Positions 1 to 13,755 of a stretch of 64,000 nt of DNA are shown here, in pieces; the stretch's first letter is position 1, and each line of letters opens with the position of its first letter. Source of the stretch: the human T2T-CHM13v2.0 reference genome, Homo sapiens; NCBI RefSeq assembly GCF_009914755.1, contig NC_060928.1; one strand, given 5' to 3'. The notes beneath the pieces were generated by a model. It was not told where the DNA came from, did no database searches, and saw only the letters and a program-made list of their open reading frames with translations. The position numbers and the translations under genes were made by a program.

Positions 1-1018
<1,018 letters not shown>

Positions 1019-1072
1019 ATTGTCATATTCAATGCTTATGTGTAGCAAAATAAATATTTCTCTTTGTCTATA

Positions 1073-1423
1073 CAGTTGTGCCTTAGTACCTCTGGTGAGT
1101 GGTTCCAGGACAACCTCTATTCTCCCAAAGACACCAAAATCCAGGGACGCTCACATCCCTTGTGTGAAATGGCATAGTATTTGCATATTGCCTAAGCACA
1201 CCCTCCGAAATACTCTAAATCATCTCTAGATTACTTATAATACCAAACACAATGTAAATGCTATATAAATAGTTGTTTTATTTTATTCTTTAGGAAATAA
1301 TAAGAAAAAATCTGTACACATTCAGTACAGATGCAACCCTTGTAGGTCTGGTCTAAATATATTTTTGGTGCTATGTTGGTTGAATCCAAGGATGTGGACC
1401 TTGCAAATACAGAGGACCAATTG
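1073..1423 (+). mobile_element. MER2 (Tigger/TcMar non-autonomous DNA transposon)
   Basis: cagttg...caattg termini flanked by TA; internal ggttccaggac, catctctagattacttataatac, gttggttgaatcc. Confidence 0.9.
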
Positions 1424-3309
1424 TATATAAAATTTTTAACCATAGTTAGAACTGATGATTAGAATGTGATATGCATAATAGATGTGTTTAACATTACTAT
1501 GTGATTTGGTGAAATTTGCACTAACAATGACTTTAAAAAATTTGAAACTATAACTTATTCCGCTTTTTTCTATATCTCAGTACATGTATGCTACAGTAAA
1601 CCTCTTCTTTAGAATGGAAACAGTTCAGATCCAGCCATGTCATAGATCCATTCAGATCCTCTGCAATGGGTACAGCCCGCTCAAAATAAAAGAAAGCAAG
1701 GCTTTGAAACAAAATTATTTTATCTTTTAATCCACCAGTACCTTGCAAATGCAGTATTTGGCACACAGTACTCATACAATGTATGTCCAAAATGCAAGAA
1801 TTCATGCATATTTAATGATTTTTATGATGTTTGTAATATTCATGTTTACTCTGTGATGAAACTAATCTGTAAATCAATGTTAACATCCCAAACTGCTTCC
1901 TGTAATTTACTTGAAACACTTCAGAAAATGACAATGATATTTATGTAAACCTTCAGCTCTTAACTTCAATTCATGACATATTTAATTTAGCTAGACAAAT
2001 TAAATATTTTAGTTCCCAAATCAAAAATTAAGTATGGATATTGATTTAAACATTTATGACAAATTAAATAAACTATGCTAAAATTTTTTAAAATGCTTTA
2101 CTACAAACCTATTATTATTAAAGAACAATTATTATATATATTTTATTTGATGGAATAAATATTCTGAAGTTGAAGATAACCTAGGCAGAAACAGTACCAC
2201 TTTAAGTTCACTAATGCAGTATCTTTTTTAATGTTCTATTCACAATTCCAGCCTAGAGAACAAGATTGTCACAGATCTGGCCTCTGGTGGACTGTTAGCT
2301 ATGTGAGGAGGATTTATTGCAATTACTCATGCTGTGATTTAGATTAAGCAACTTGAAGCTTCAATTCACAAGCACTTATGAACATTCTGATTCAGATTTA
2401 CTTAAAAGAGTCTGTTAAACTTCAGACTCTTGTGTAAAATAATCAGAGCAGCCCATTTATTTTCAATGCTAAAGTAAAATTTAATATAACCTTTACCACA
2501 TTGCAAAAATGCAAAATAGAATTATTCTGCTGTTGAAATTTAGTAAACACCTGATCTGACCTGATTTAGGTGAAGTTGCAGTTAGTAGAAATCATGATAT
2601 ATATTCAAACAGGTAGGGTTTAAAGGTTTATATTATTACCCATCTCATGGTAAATAATTTAGTCTCACTTATTGTAGCAAATAATTTTTCTGTGATTTGG
2701 GTCCCTTCATATAAAAAAAAAATCACACACTTCAGGGAGTTTATCAGGGTTTTTCCACTTTTAAATAGTGAAGTCAGATGTTATGACCTTTTGTCATTTT
2801 TCTCCTAACCTGTTTCAACAATCCAAGGTGTGTGAGAAGCCTGGGCTGCTAATGCCCATGGGCATACTAATCCTTTGCTTCTGAACTTGCTATTTTCTCT
2901 CTTGGCCTGTTAAATATGGCCTGTACACTCCACTGACATCACCTATGCTGTCATTGTGACCAGTAGTGTACTGAAGCTCTCCACAGAACAAAGCCTTTAT
3001 AAAAGCAAAGAGAATAGTAGACTTTTGTCCTAAGGTGCACTTTGCAATGTCCATCCCAAAGAAGCATTAATTTATGTTGCCTGAATCTTATGAATATGGA
3101 TACTACAGATCTTTTGGTATTTAGGCTTTCATATGAGTGGACTGGGACTGGATTGAATGAAGAGACAGTGGTAGATGCTATACTTTCTTCTTGCATATCA
3201 TGTGTGCTTACATGCCTAAGGATGGGCTGTGACTTCTTTATTCAATAAAATATGAATGTGTAAGCCTAGCAAAGGCAAAGGCATAAGTAAGAATACTTCC
3301 TCTCCAGGG

Positions 3310-4095
3310 AGGCATGGTAAGAACAGAAATATCATACTCTTACAGGGGAGAAAAAATGATTATTTAAAAAATTTGCAATCCATGAAGCTTTATAAGCCAA
3401 GTTGAAGAGTTTTGACTTCCTTTTAGTGTGACAGAAAATCATCAAATTGTTGAGAGTGGAGAAAGGAAGAAACCGGTCAGGCAGGCAGTTAGTGAGGGTC
3501 CTTGGTTGAAATCTTTCAAACAAAAGAACAGCCTGCAGGGAACTTGAGCGAGGGGCGGGGTGGGGTGGAGGGTTGGGGGTCTTGCCAAAGACATGCCTAC
3601 TGTCGCACAGATGAGAAAAGCTACACAAGAGACTTGCCCAGACATGCCTGCAATGGAAAATTCCATCCTCTGACACATGCACAGTAAGGGGAACAAAGTA
3701 ACATGGAGTATTTCTTCTTTTGCTTATTACACTTTCATTCCAACCTCATCCTTAGTGCCCATGCTCCTTAACTTTCTTGGTCCTGAATCAAAGGATGCTG
3801 GGTACTACCTCAGGCAACCAGAGACTGCTACATTGCATTCCATTGGCAAGACTGTTGCATTGTTTTAAGTAAAGGAGTGATTTAATATATTTTATAATTA
3901 CAAAGATCTAGTAGTGACTATATCAAGATTAGATTAGATTGTATAGAATTAAAAGGGAATATAAGAGGTCTAGTTAGAAGGCTATAGCTCATTAGGAAGA
4001 TAATAGAACAGGATTGCTGCAGTATGGTAATAATGGAGACAGAAAAGCGAAAAAAAGTGGGATATGGTTAGGAAGTGTGTCAACAAGAATTGCAT
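3310..4095 (-). mobile_element. L2 fragment interrupted by an LTR
   Basis: Degenerate antisense L2 blocks (gagttttgactt, ttttaagtaaaggagtga, gttagaaggcta) on both sides of the LTR. Confidence 0.6.
3451..3832 (+). mobile_element. ERV1 solo LTR, MER66-like, internally deleted
   Basis: TGAGAG...GCTACA termini, near-TSD ttgt/ttgc; gaaaggaagaaaccggtcaggcaggcagttag and gacttgcccagacatgcc. Confidence 0.7.
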
Positions 4096-4371
4096 GAAAC
4101 TGTACGTGATGCATAAAGAAAAGAGAGAACTCAAGTACTTTCTGCTTTTGGAGCTCTTCTTTAAGATAAAAATTATCATTGGGACTTAAAAGTACACCTT
4201 TCCATTTCAGATTTTGCAAAATACAACTTACGTTTCTCTTATATATTTCCTTTTGGAGTTTATCTTTTTTAAAAATATAAACAAAAGTATTCTGCTTCTT
4301 TAAAAATGAGTCTCTGTATTTCTATTTCTATTATAGTTTACGTTTTCTCTTTTCCCTCTTCTTCCTCAAAC

Positions 4372-4674
4372 TTTTTTAAAATTTTATTATTATTATACTT
4401 TAAGTTTTAGGGTACATGTGCACGATGTGCAGGTTAGTTACATACGTATACATGTACCATGCTGGTGTCCTGCACCCATTAACTCATCATTTAGCATTAG
4501 GTATATCTCCTAATGCTATCCCTCCCCCCTTCCCCCACCCCACAACAGTCCCCAGAGTGTGATGTTCCCCTTCCTGTGTCCATGTGTTCTGATTGTTCAG
4601 TTCCCACCTATGAGTGAGAATATGCGGTGTTTGGTTTTTTGTTCTTGCCATAGTTTACTGAGAATGATGATTTC
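4372..4674 (-). mobile_element. 5'-truncated L1PA3-like 3' UTR
   Basis: ttattatactttaagttttagggtacatgtgcac; tttagcattaggtatatctcctaatgc; C-rich tract; atagtttactgagaatgatgatttc. Confidence 0.93.
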
Positions 4675-5423
4675 TTTTTTACCTTTCCTTACTTCAACTT
4701 CTAGATGCCTGGATATCCGCCTTTGTAATCCAATTTCCTTCACTTCCTCATTTGTATCCTCTTTTTCCACCTTCCACAGTTTGCCTTTTGTCATTTACAT
4801 CTTGTTTTCACATTCTTACTAGATTGAAAAATATGTCCCTCAATTAAAAATTCTGCTAACAGAACAAGTTTCTTGGTTTAGTCCAATTTAAGAGTAGAAG
4901 GACAAGAAAGTCCACTTAATTATCTCTATTCTAGAGAAATGGAAGTTTGAAAGTTTTTTGCAAAATGTAAGTTCACTTCCTAATTTTGCAATGTGGCCCA
5001 GTCAATTTCTAGCATGTAAGGTACAGAGGAATAGGTTAACTGAAAGAAAAGATAGTAAGCTGAACAGCACAATATTCACACCTTCTTTTCACTATATTGC
5101 TTTTTCCTCTGTTACTCCACTACCACATGCACTAAACTGAAGTGTAAATGCCAAAATCAAAATAAGAATGATTGCTTATAACACCTATGCCACTCTTTTC
5201 CTCCAGTTATTTTAGTAAGACTATTTCTGTCTGTACTACAGACATGAATTTATTTCTCCATCTTTTTTCTGGAAATCACAGTAACATACTGTGATTTTAG
5301 GAAAGACAAAATGAATAACAGAGTCAATAGAGATAATATTGCTTTAAACACACACACACACATACTCATGTTACGTCACTGTGTAAAATCCATTTTTTAA
5401 ACATGAAACATGGGAAAAATACA

Positions 5424-5550
5424 TTTCTTTATTTAACAATATTTTATTGAGTTTCTACTATGTAAGAAGCACTGTACTGGGTGTTGGTGACTCAAAGATG
5501 AATAACACAGACATAGTCCTTTTTGTATGGATTCTTAGAGTGGAGTAGAG
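5424..5550 (-). mobile_element. L2 3' end
   Basis: atttaacaatattttattgag..ctactatgt..gcactgtactggg..aagatgaataacacagacatagtcc. Confidence 0.75.
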
Positions 5551-5574
5551 AGTTTTTAAGAAAGCATGTCACTT

Positions 5575-5869
5575 GCTAGACAAGGTGGCTCACACCTGTA
5601 ATCCCAGAACTTTGGGAGGCTGAGGAGGGCTGATCATTTGAGGTCAGGAGTTTGAGACCAGCCTGGCCAGTGTGGTGAAACTCCATCCCTACTGAAAATA
5701 CAAAAATTAGCTAAGCCTGATGGTGTGCACCTGTAATCCCAACTACTTAGGAGGCTGAGGCAGGAGAATCACTTGAACCCAGGAGGCAGAGGTTGCCGTG
5801 AGCTGAGATCATGCCACTGCACTCCAGCCTGGGCAACAGAGCGATACTCCGTCTCAAAAAAAAAAAGAA
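5575..5869 (+). mobile_element. Alu, AluSz/Sx-like
   Basis: Full dimer; TSD aagaaagcatgtcact (5558-5573) / aagaaagcatgttact (5870-5885). Confidence 0.95.
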
Positions 5870-7867
5870 AAGAAAGCATGTTACTATTTCCATTATATCC
5901 CTTGCAGTTTGAGAGGTGTAAGGACACATTCAGGCCATTGAATCTCTCTTTATGAATTTCTAAATATACTCAGAAGTCTAGAAGACTGAATGTGTAGATT
6001 TTCTCCCAGCACTGTCAAAAGGAAAAGATGTTAATTTAATATTTAAGAAGGTCCCAGATACTCATTATCTTTTGAAGTCTGGCTTGCTCAGCACTTTCCA
6101 CGATGAAATACTTTTGCTTATATTTTGCCATCTGAACCAGATCAAGTTTTTCTGGCTAGGTAATGCCTTTATATGAACAATATTGAAAACGAATAACAAT
6201 CTAAGTAATCACCAGTATAGTTTCTTTATTTCCCAATGAAAAATTGTCATAAATAATTGTGTTCTGTATTATCTTAAAAATGAGTTATTTCCTTCTCACA
6301 TATAAACTAAGCTTTGGAAAATGACATGAGTAATATATTTCCGTTTGGAATTTTTTCTAACATTGAGGACAATGATTACACTGTTGTTTCCAACAGAGTA
6401 AAAATCAAAAGGGGGAAAAACACTTTCTAGTGTTCTAGTGTTTAATTGCTTTTTTAAATGGAGACTTTCTATTAACTTTAATTAAACATTTAATAGAGAT
6501 TGTAGCCAGAAAATATATTTTCCCATTGAAATTAAATTACTTTTCCCCAAAGAAAACATAGTGGGTGTAAAACAGGGAGGGTTGGACTCTCAATAGAGTT
6601 CTATCTGCCTCCTTCCTTTTCAGAGTAATTACTGACCTGTTATTAACACTCCAGGGAAAATCCTTTTGGTGATTTACATTTCCGGATCACTCTGCTCTGT
6701 CTGCCACTTCACTAAAGACAGAATTTATCCATTGTTCAGCATGTGCAGGAACAGATGCTTCAGCTACTAATTCTTTGTCTCATTTGGAGCATCAAAAAAT
6801 GAGAGGCTAGTTCTTGCACAGATCAAGCCTCAGCCTCAGAACCTTTTATATATCTTAGAGAGAGGTAATTTGAGAGCCTCTCAGTGCCCAGAAGGTTGAA
6901 TGGAGGAGGCACAGATTTTAAATTCTAACCTAAGTTCTTTTTACATGTCTGTATTCTTTCCCACCTTAGCACCAACTCATATTCTCCAGCTTCTGTCAAT
7001 TCATTAAATGCTGATTTAGAATTTTATGGCAACATTTGTCTCAGATGAGAGTTACAGCAAAGCTCATCATTAAACCTTATAATGTTTAGTGCTGCCTATA
7101 ATTTATGATTCCATTTTAAGATCTAATCCACCACAATAATTTGTCTTAAGACTCTGAAGATACATCATGTAGTTAGCTTTTTCTTGCAACATCATTTATA
7201 AAGACAGGATCTGACTGTATGCTTGAGGAATATATTTTATTTAGAGCACAACAATGCATTGATAGATTTGTCATAAATTATCTCAAAAGAAGAAATATCA
7301 AAAGGATAGTACACACATAATGATCTACACCATACACAATGGCATCAGGATCATTTGGGAAGGATAACAGATACTCAGGGAAAAGAAAATGAAATTGTTT
7401 TCCGACTTGAATTGTATCATTAGATGCTATGCAAAAAGTTATTCATAATCTGGCTCTAATTTACCTTTTGTTTCTAAGCCCAAATTCTGAAACTGATTCT
7501 TTCTTATTAACATTATGCCACAGTTCTACTAAGAAACTTACTGTTTCAGCCCTAGACTACAATATTTTCATAACTATCCCCCATTTTTACCTACATCCTG
7601 ACTACATCCTTTACATTGTTGTTTAAGTAAGTTATTTAAGGGGAAATATGATTGCAAATTCCCAGTGCTGGTTGAAGTATTTCCGTGTTTTCCCATTCCT
7701 TATAGAATAAGGCTTCAAGCACTTTAGCAAGACAAAAAAGAACCTTTCCTAATTGGTATTATTATTCTCCTGCAAATCAAAATTTGCCATGCTGTAGAAA
7801 GTACTTATTACTCCAGTAATATTCTTCTGTGTCTTACCTCATTATTTTATGTATCTCTTTTTTCCTA

Positions 7868-8515
7868 TGAATATTTATTGTTCAGCTACTCTGCTGAAAT
7901 TGCTGTGGTCTATATTGGGTAAGAAAAATTGGACCTAGTCTCTGATACTGTGATTCTTACAGTCTGATGGGGAGACAGATATTAATTGAATAATCATATA
8001 AATACAAATAAAATCACAACTGTGACAACAGGCATAAAAGAGGGGAACACAGTGCTATTTCTTTTTTTTTTTTTTTTTCCTGAGACGGAGCGTCACTCTG
8101 TCATCCAGGCTGGAGTATAGTGGCGTGATCTCAGCTCACTGCAACCTCTGCCCTCTGAGTTCCAGCGATTCTCCTGCCTCAGCCTCTTGAGTAGCTGGGA
8201 TTACAGGTGCCTGCCACCTCGCCCTGCTAATATTTTGTATATTTAGTAGATACCAGGTTTCACCATCTTGGCCAGGCTGGTCTTGAACTCCTGACCTCGT
8301 GATCCACCCGCCTCGGCCTCCCAAAGTGCTGGGATTACAGTCGTGAGCCACTGCACCTGGCGGAACATAGTGGTATTTCTATAGGCCAATTACAAAAGAG
8401 TGAGATTAAGTCAGAGAAATCAGGAAAACTTTCTTGAGATAGAATTTTAGAGCAAAGATCTAAAGGATATAGATGCTATCTTTGCAATAAGAGAATGGAA
8501 GGCCATTAAAACAGA
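7868..8515 (-). mobile_element. L2 3' region interrupted by an Alu
   Basis: aatatttattg, cttacagtctgatggggagacagatatt, continuing after the Alu (gtcagagaaatcaggaaaactttc). Confidence 0.7.
8061..8362 (-). mobile_element. Alu, AluSx3-like
   Basis: accatcttggccaggctggtcttgaactcctgacctcgtgatcc; TSD gaacacagtgctatttc / gaacatagtggtatttc. Confidence 0.95.
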
Positions 8516-8584
8516 ACCTTACCTACTTCCTTCCAGGCTTTCATTGATTTACCTTTCTTCCTCATCCACTTCTCCCTTTTCACA

Positions 8585-8860
8585 TGATTCAAAATTTACG
8601 TCTCCCAGAAAACATTCCTCACTCTTTTCTTCTCAGACTAGTTAACCCCTCTTTCTGTTACCCCCCAAATGGCACATTATTTGCATTGTATTATTTCTCT
8701 TTTATGATACTTTCAACATTATTTTCTAATTACTTTTTAATAATTATGATGCTCCAGTTGAGTGAAAGTTTTTTAGGGCCATGTCCTTCAATTTTTATCT
8801 GGAGTAGGAAATGTCAAGAATTCAATATATGCTTGTTGAAGAAAGCAAAGAAGGAAAGGA
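8585..8860 (+). mobile_element. L2 3' end
   Basis: Pyrimidine-rich L2 body ending ttcaatatatgcttgttgaa plus purine-rich tail. Confidence 0.55.
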
Positions 8861-9058
8861 AAGCAAATAAATGGAAATGGAAAGAGACAGCAGGAGAGAT
8901 GGGCAAAGAAGGAGATGGGAAAGGAGGAGAGGGAAGGAAGAGAGACCTGAAGAGGGAAGAGATAAAGAAAGAAAATACAGAGCAAGTAAAGTGTCCAAAT
9001 AGACACTTTCATTTTCTACTACAAATTCACCTATTCAGTAAGATCAAGGAAAAATTTC

Positions 9059-9210
9059 AGCTGGGCACAGTGGCTCATGCCTGTAATACCAACACTTTGG
9101 GAGGCCAAGGAGGGTAGATGGCTTGAGGGCAAGAGCTTGAGACTATCCTGGGCAACACAGTGAGACCCTGTCTCTATTAAAAAATAAAATAAAATGGTCA
9201 AAAAAAAATA
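9059..9210 (+). mobile_element. FLAM_C / Alu left monomer
   Basis: Single arm: gctgggcacagtggctcatgcctgtaat...ctgggcaacacagtgagaccctgtctct plus A-rich tail. Confidence 0.9.
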
Positions 9211-9424
9211 TAAGTTTCTTTACAAGGTCGCTTTGATTTTTGCCAGACAAATATGTGTTCTTTCTACTTAAAACTTCAAGTATTTACACTTATTACACTT
9301 TGCTTATACTTATTACAATTTGATTATACTTTGCTCTGTTCTGCTTTATGTCTTTTTTTTTTTTTTTGCATCTACCTAACTAAATGATTTCAAAAATAGG
9401 TTCCAGGTATTGTTATTTAATTCA

Positions 9425-9485
9425 ATATTTTTATATTTTATATGTTTATATTTATATGTTTATATTTTTATATTTTATATGTTTA
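9425..9485. repeat. AT-rich low-complexity repeat
   Basis: Repeated tttatat/ttatatgt units. Confidence 0.8.
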
Positions 9486-9704
9486 ATTCATGAGATAAAA
9501 TAAAATGAAAGAATGTCTCTTTCACTTTCTTCCTTTACTAATACTTTCTTCCTATATTGGCCTGCTTTATGTTGAAGTCTCTTCAACCCTTTACTGATCT
9601 CTAAAACTTTTCTCTGTATGGACAGGAATGAAGTACGAAGTGGAACAACTCTCAATGCAAAGCTTAAGGGTTGCCGGACAAGTTTTAGGGACACATTTAT
9701 TAGC

Positions 9705-9939
9705 CAGAGTTTTTAGAAATCAGCACTATTGATGTCACTCTGGGCTGGATCATATTTTGTTGAGATAGGGACTGTCTTAAGGCTTTGTAGGATGTTCAGC
9801 AGCATCCCTTGCTTCTGCCCACTAGATGCCAGTAGCAGCCATCCCCCACCACCAGCACTCTTGACAGCCAAAACTGTCTCCAGACTTATTTGCCAAAGGT
9901 TCCCCGAGGAGCAAAATCAACCTTGACTGAGAATCACTG
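9705..9939 (+). mobile_element. MER20 (hAT-Charlie)
   Basis: gcactattga, gtaggatgttcagcagcatccct, cccactagatgccagtagca, gagaatcactg end. Confidence 0.9.
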
Positions 9940-11779
9940 CTTTTAACTAACAGAGTCCCATTTCCCCAGATACGTTAAAGAATAAAAAATAAAACAACTC
10001 CATGAATTTTCTAGGGGATTTAATGTATGTGGAATGTTTACTAGTCTGGCATAAAGAAGATACTGCTTATTCTTATAATTATTATAGATCTGTTTGTTTC
10101 CTATATCTTTCCTAGTGAGGTATGATAACATATTGTCCTTTTAGACCAAATCACCATATTGGCCCAATAATGCAAGTGAATTATTTTTAAAGATTTTAAA
10201 ATTCATTATTGTTGTCAGCAAGGAGTGGAGGGGATAGAAAGTGTCAAATTGGTTCCCTCAGATTTTATTCTTGTACAAGGATGATTTGAATTATTAGCCT
10301 CAAATTATAACTTTATGTGTCTGTCTATTTGACACATGTCTACCCATTCACACTAATAGTGAGATTTTAAAGTTGATTTTTAAATGGGTCACGGTTGACT
10401 TGATATTTCAACATGTGGGAGAGATTAGAATTATTGGCAAGCTGTATTCCCTCTTCTAGATCAAATGTTGAATAAGGCAAAAAATCCATCCAAGTTCTAA
10501 TTTTAACTTCGTTCTTAAACTATTTATGGTGCAGAAACTTGTACAAAATTGCTAAAAGTAGTAGTTGGTTCCTTCTGACCACATTTGTATATAAACCCCT
10601 CAAAGAACTACTGTTAAGTATCGACTTTTAAAATGAACATTTTGCTTGCAAGGTATCTCTATTAGGAGACTCTTCTCCAATGAAGCTAAGAATTATGTAA
10701 CTTTCTAATCTAAATCAACGTACCCAATCTTGTTCTACAATGTTTATTTAAAACTTCATAATAATTACTTGAAACAATATGTATCATTTTAATCTTCCTA
10801 AAATGTATGTTTCTCAGTTTCTTTGGTTAAAATCTTATATGATTTATATATGATTTATTATAGCCTCTTATTATCTTCCCTCATAAAATTAATGCAAAAT
10901 TTTCCATTGTTTTAAAACACCACAGTCAGTGTTAACGACATTTGCATTGCTCTTATTAAAATATAAAGGAAACAATTTTCAAAGGATATACCTCCAATTG
11001 GAGACAAAAATAAATTAAAGAGATAATAGAAAAATGTTCCTTCAATTACTAATTATGGAATTATTTTTAATACATTAAAATGAAAAAGGTTTTATTTTTA
11101 TCCCAGAAATTTAACCTTTTAATTTACATGCTAGTATTTTGCTTTCATTTATCTATATATATATAAACATTTTCAGGTTTACATTTATTTCCCTAATTTG
11201 ATTTTAGACTGTTCATCTATGTAGAATATTAATTAAGATTAAGGGAAATTTGAGAAGAGATATAAATCTTAAGCTGGAAAATATTTGTGATCATTCAGAT
11301 GTCATTCACTAATTAGTCAATGAAACAACAATGTTTGAAAAAAATTTTTAAATGGGTTCAGATCTATGTGATGGTTATGATTTTAACATTATCTTTGTCT
11401 CCTGTTTATAGGTCAATTGTATTTGCCACCTATTATTAAATTAAATATTCTAGAATATTTGACAGACTTTAGAAGTCCTCTACTTTAACCTTCTCTTCTG
11501 TCTTTGGTAGCTTTTAAAAGAACATGATACTTTTACAGTATGTGAAGATGCCGAGTGTATATTTCTATTTGCCCAATGTACCTTGCATATACTCCTAATC
11601 CCCTATAATTTCTACCACAGGCTTTAGTGTTGTTTCTAGTTGGATGCACAATTCTTCAAATATTAAAAACAAACATCAGAATAGACATCACAAGCTTCTT
11701 CAATTGCTTTAAATACACGAATTTGAATAATTCAGCCTGATACTTTCTTATAGAAATATTTAAATTTGTTATTATCCAT

Positions 11780-11915
11780 TCTGTTCCTTCAAAAGGACTG
11801 TACCAGAACTGAACACAAAGTTTCAGGCATGGTTAAACATTTGAGACATTGCTGCCCTTGTTGTAAAAATTATAATTATGTTTAAGTAGCCAGCCTGAAG
11901 TTTTATTAACTTGGG
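11780..11915 (-). mobile_element. L3/CR1 fragment
   Basis: ccagaactgaacaca...gcagcct-like antisense CR1 block. Confidence 0.45.
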
Positions 11916-11920
11916 GAAAA

Positions 11921-12030
11921 ATTCAATTCAGTTAATTCAATAATATTAATAAAGTTTCTACTGTATACTAGCCACTATACTAATTGTGAAAGTTAAAAGA
12001 TGAATACATTAATCTTACTATCAGGTGTAT
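11921..12030 (-). mobile_element. L2 3' end
   Basis: attcaattcagttaattcaa tail, ctactgtatactagccactatact, aaagatgaata. Confidence 0.6.
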
Positions 12031-12314
12031 ACAATATAATTAATTAATTAATATAAATAAAAGGTAATAGGGAAGTGGAGAGGAGTGATCCTTACTGGTA
12101 ACTGAAGCAAAAATAAAGATTTAACATCTGATCTGAATTCTGGCAGACTAAGGGACCATTTGTTACAGAAATAAAGCACATAAAAGAAAAGAATAGCAAA
12201 AGTAAATAAGTGATTCTTGTCAAACTATACATAGTAATCTGTACGTCATAGATTTTACACATAGAATGGTAACAAAAATAATGAAATAATATTTTAGAAA
12301 GATGTATGTACATT

Positions 12315-12865
12315 TGGTAATTTTTGGTTGAAAGTGTAAGCAAATGCAATCTAGACTGTAGACTGGCTTAAGCAAAACAGCCAACAAAACTAACAAAAAA
12401 TGTTGAGAGCCTAAGAGTTTATTTAGCTTAAGTTACCATGTCATCCAGATGTCCTCCCAAGTGTACCAGGATCGGATCTCTCTACTGCTCTCAGTTCTGC
12501 TTTCCTTTATGTAACTAGAAGCTACTTGGTGATAAGATGACTCAAGTAGTGTAGCCTTACATTTTGCAGTGTCAAGCCCAGCATGAAGGAAGTTCTTTGT
12601 CCTTCAAGTTTGAACAAAACTCCTGGAATAGACTCTCGTTTCCCCACACTGGGTTATATGCATCTCTCTGCACCTTCACAATACTTATGGGATAGGTTAT
12701 TTCTTGGGTTATATCCAATCACATATCCATACTTGTAGACAGGGAAGAAATGAGAGAATACCAACATACAAATTAAAGTTTGAGTGAGATTATCCCTCCA
12801 TGCTCCCCGCAAACATCAAGTTTCTGATGGCAAGGGAAGGAAGAATAGATTCTATTTGGCCAAAG
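12315..12865 (-). mobile_element. Old MaLR LTR, MLT1K-like
   Basis: tttttggttgaaagtg..actggcttaagcaaaa, ctcagttctgctttcct, aagggaaggaagaatagattct. Confidence 0.6.
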
Positions 12866-12934
12866 TTGTAGGAGGAGAGGAAACACATGTACCATGAGAT
12901 AATGTTTTTTCCAGGGATATGCCAAGATCATCTC

Positions 12935-13121
12935 TGTTATATGAGCAACTGCACCACCAGGTACTCTTCAGACAGTTCCCACAGGCAAGAAGCCTCTCAC
13001 TACATGCAATCCCTTGACCTTGGACTTTCCACCTTCCAGAACTGTGAGAAATAAATTTTGTTTCTTATCAATTACCCAGATTCAGATGTTCCATTATAAG
13101 CAACAAAAAACAAACTAATAT
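12935..13121 (+). mobile_element. MST (MSTB/MSTC-like) LTR 3' part
   Basis: caagaagcctctcac, ttgaccttggacttt, ccagaactgtgagaaataaatt, aattacccag, aaactaatata. Confidence 0.8.
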
Positions 13122-13296
13122 ATCAATGTTTATCAACTTTGGCTGTACATTAGAATTATATGGTGAGGTTTAAAAAATCTTGAGTTCTGGTACTTGTTCT
13201 TAGAGACATTAATCTAAATTAATAAAACCTGTACATTCAGATGTCTGAAACCTGCTTATGTGATCAACATGTGCACCAAAATTTAAGGACAAGAGG
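13122..13296. mobile_element. MER5B-like hAT element
   Basis: tcaactttggctgtacattagaatta...tgtgcaccaaaatttaagga. Confidence 0.65.
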
Positions 13297-13472
13297 TATA
13301 AAGAACAAAAGGAAGTCTAACATAGCAATCTCATTCTACTTTGCACTTGGGTTTGTGAGATTCCATATTAGTAGTAAAAAACACAGCCATGATAATGGCC
13401 CTGTTGAATCTTACACAATGGCTTTTATACATAGGTACCATAACTAGAATCTTTACTTTTTCCTTTACATGG

Positions 13473-13755
13473 TGCTATGATATGAATATTGGTATCCCCC
13501 CTCCCTGCCCAAATTCATAAGTTAAAACTAACTTGCCTTCATGAATGGGATTAGCGCCCTTGTAAAAGAAGTTGAAGGGCGCTTCCTTGCTTCTTCTGCC
13601 ATGTGCGAACGCATAGAAAATGCCATCTCTGAAGCAGAGAGCCACACCAAACAGCAAATCTGCCAGCACCTTCATTTTGGACTTCCTACCCTCAAGAACT
13701 GTGAGCAATATATTTATGCTGTTTATAAATTATCCCATCTGAATCAGCTAAGACA
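13473..13755 (+). mobile_element. MaLR LTR, MLT1A0/MSTD-like, internally deleted
   Basis: TGCTATG start, tcatgaatgggattagcgccctt, ctgccagcaccttcattttggacttcc, ctaagaCA end. Confidence 0.85.

Noticed and set aside
1978-2007. 11-bp inverted repeat atatttaattt/aaattaaatat
   Set aside because: Pure AT in AT-rich DNA; likely chance.
2277-2293. CTCF-like motif (CCACCAGAGGCCAG on minus)
   Set aside because: Mismatch at a core G and no other support.
2406-2431. 9-bp hairpin aagagtctg/cagactctt
   Set aside because: Expected by chance in 64 kb.
8584-9117. 177-aa ORF with a hydrophobic then charged region
   Set aside because: Built from an L2 end, a GA-rich tract and a FLAM.
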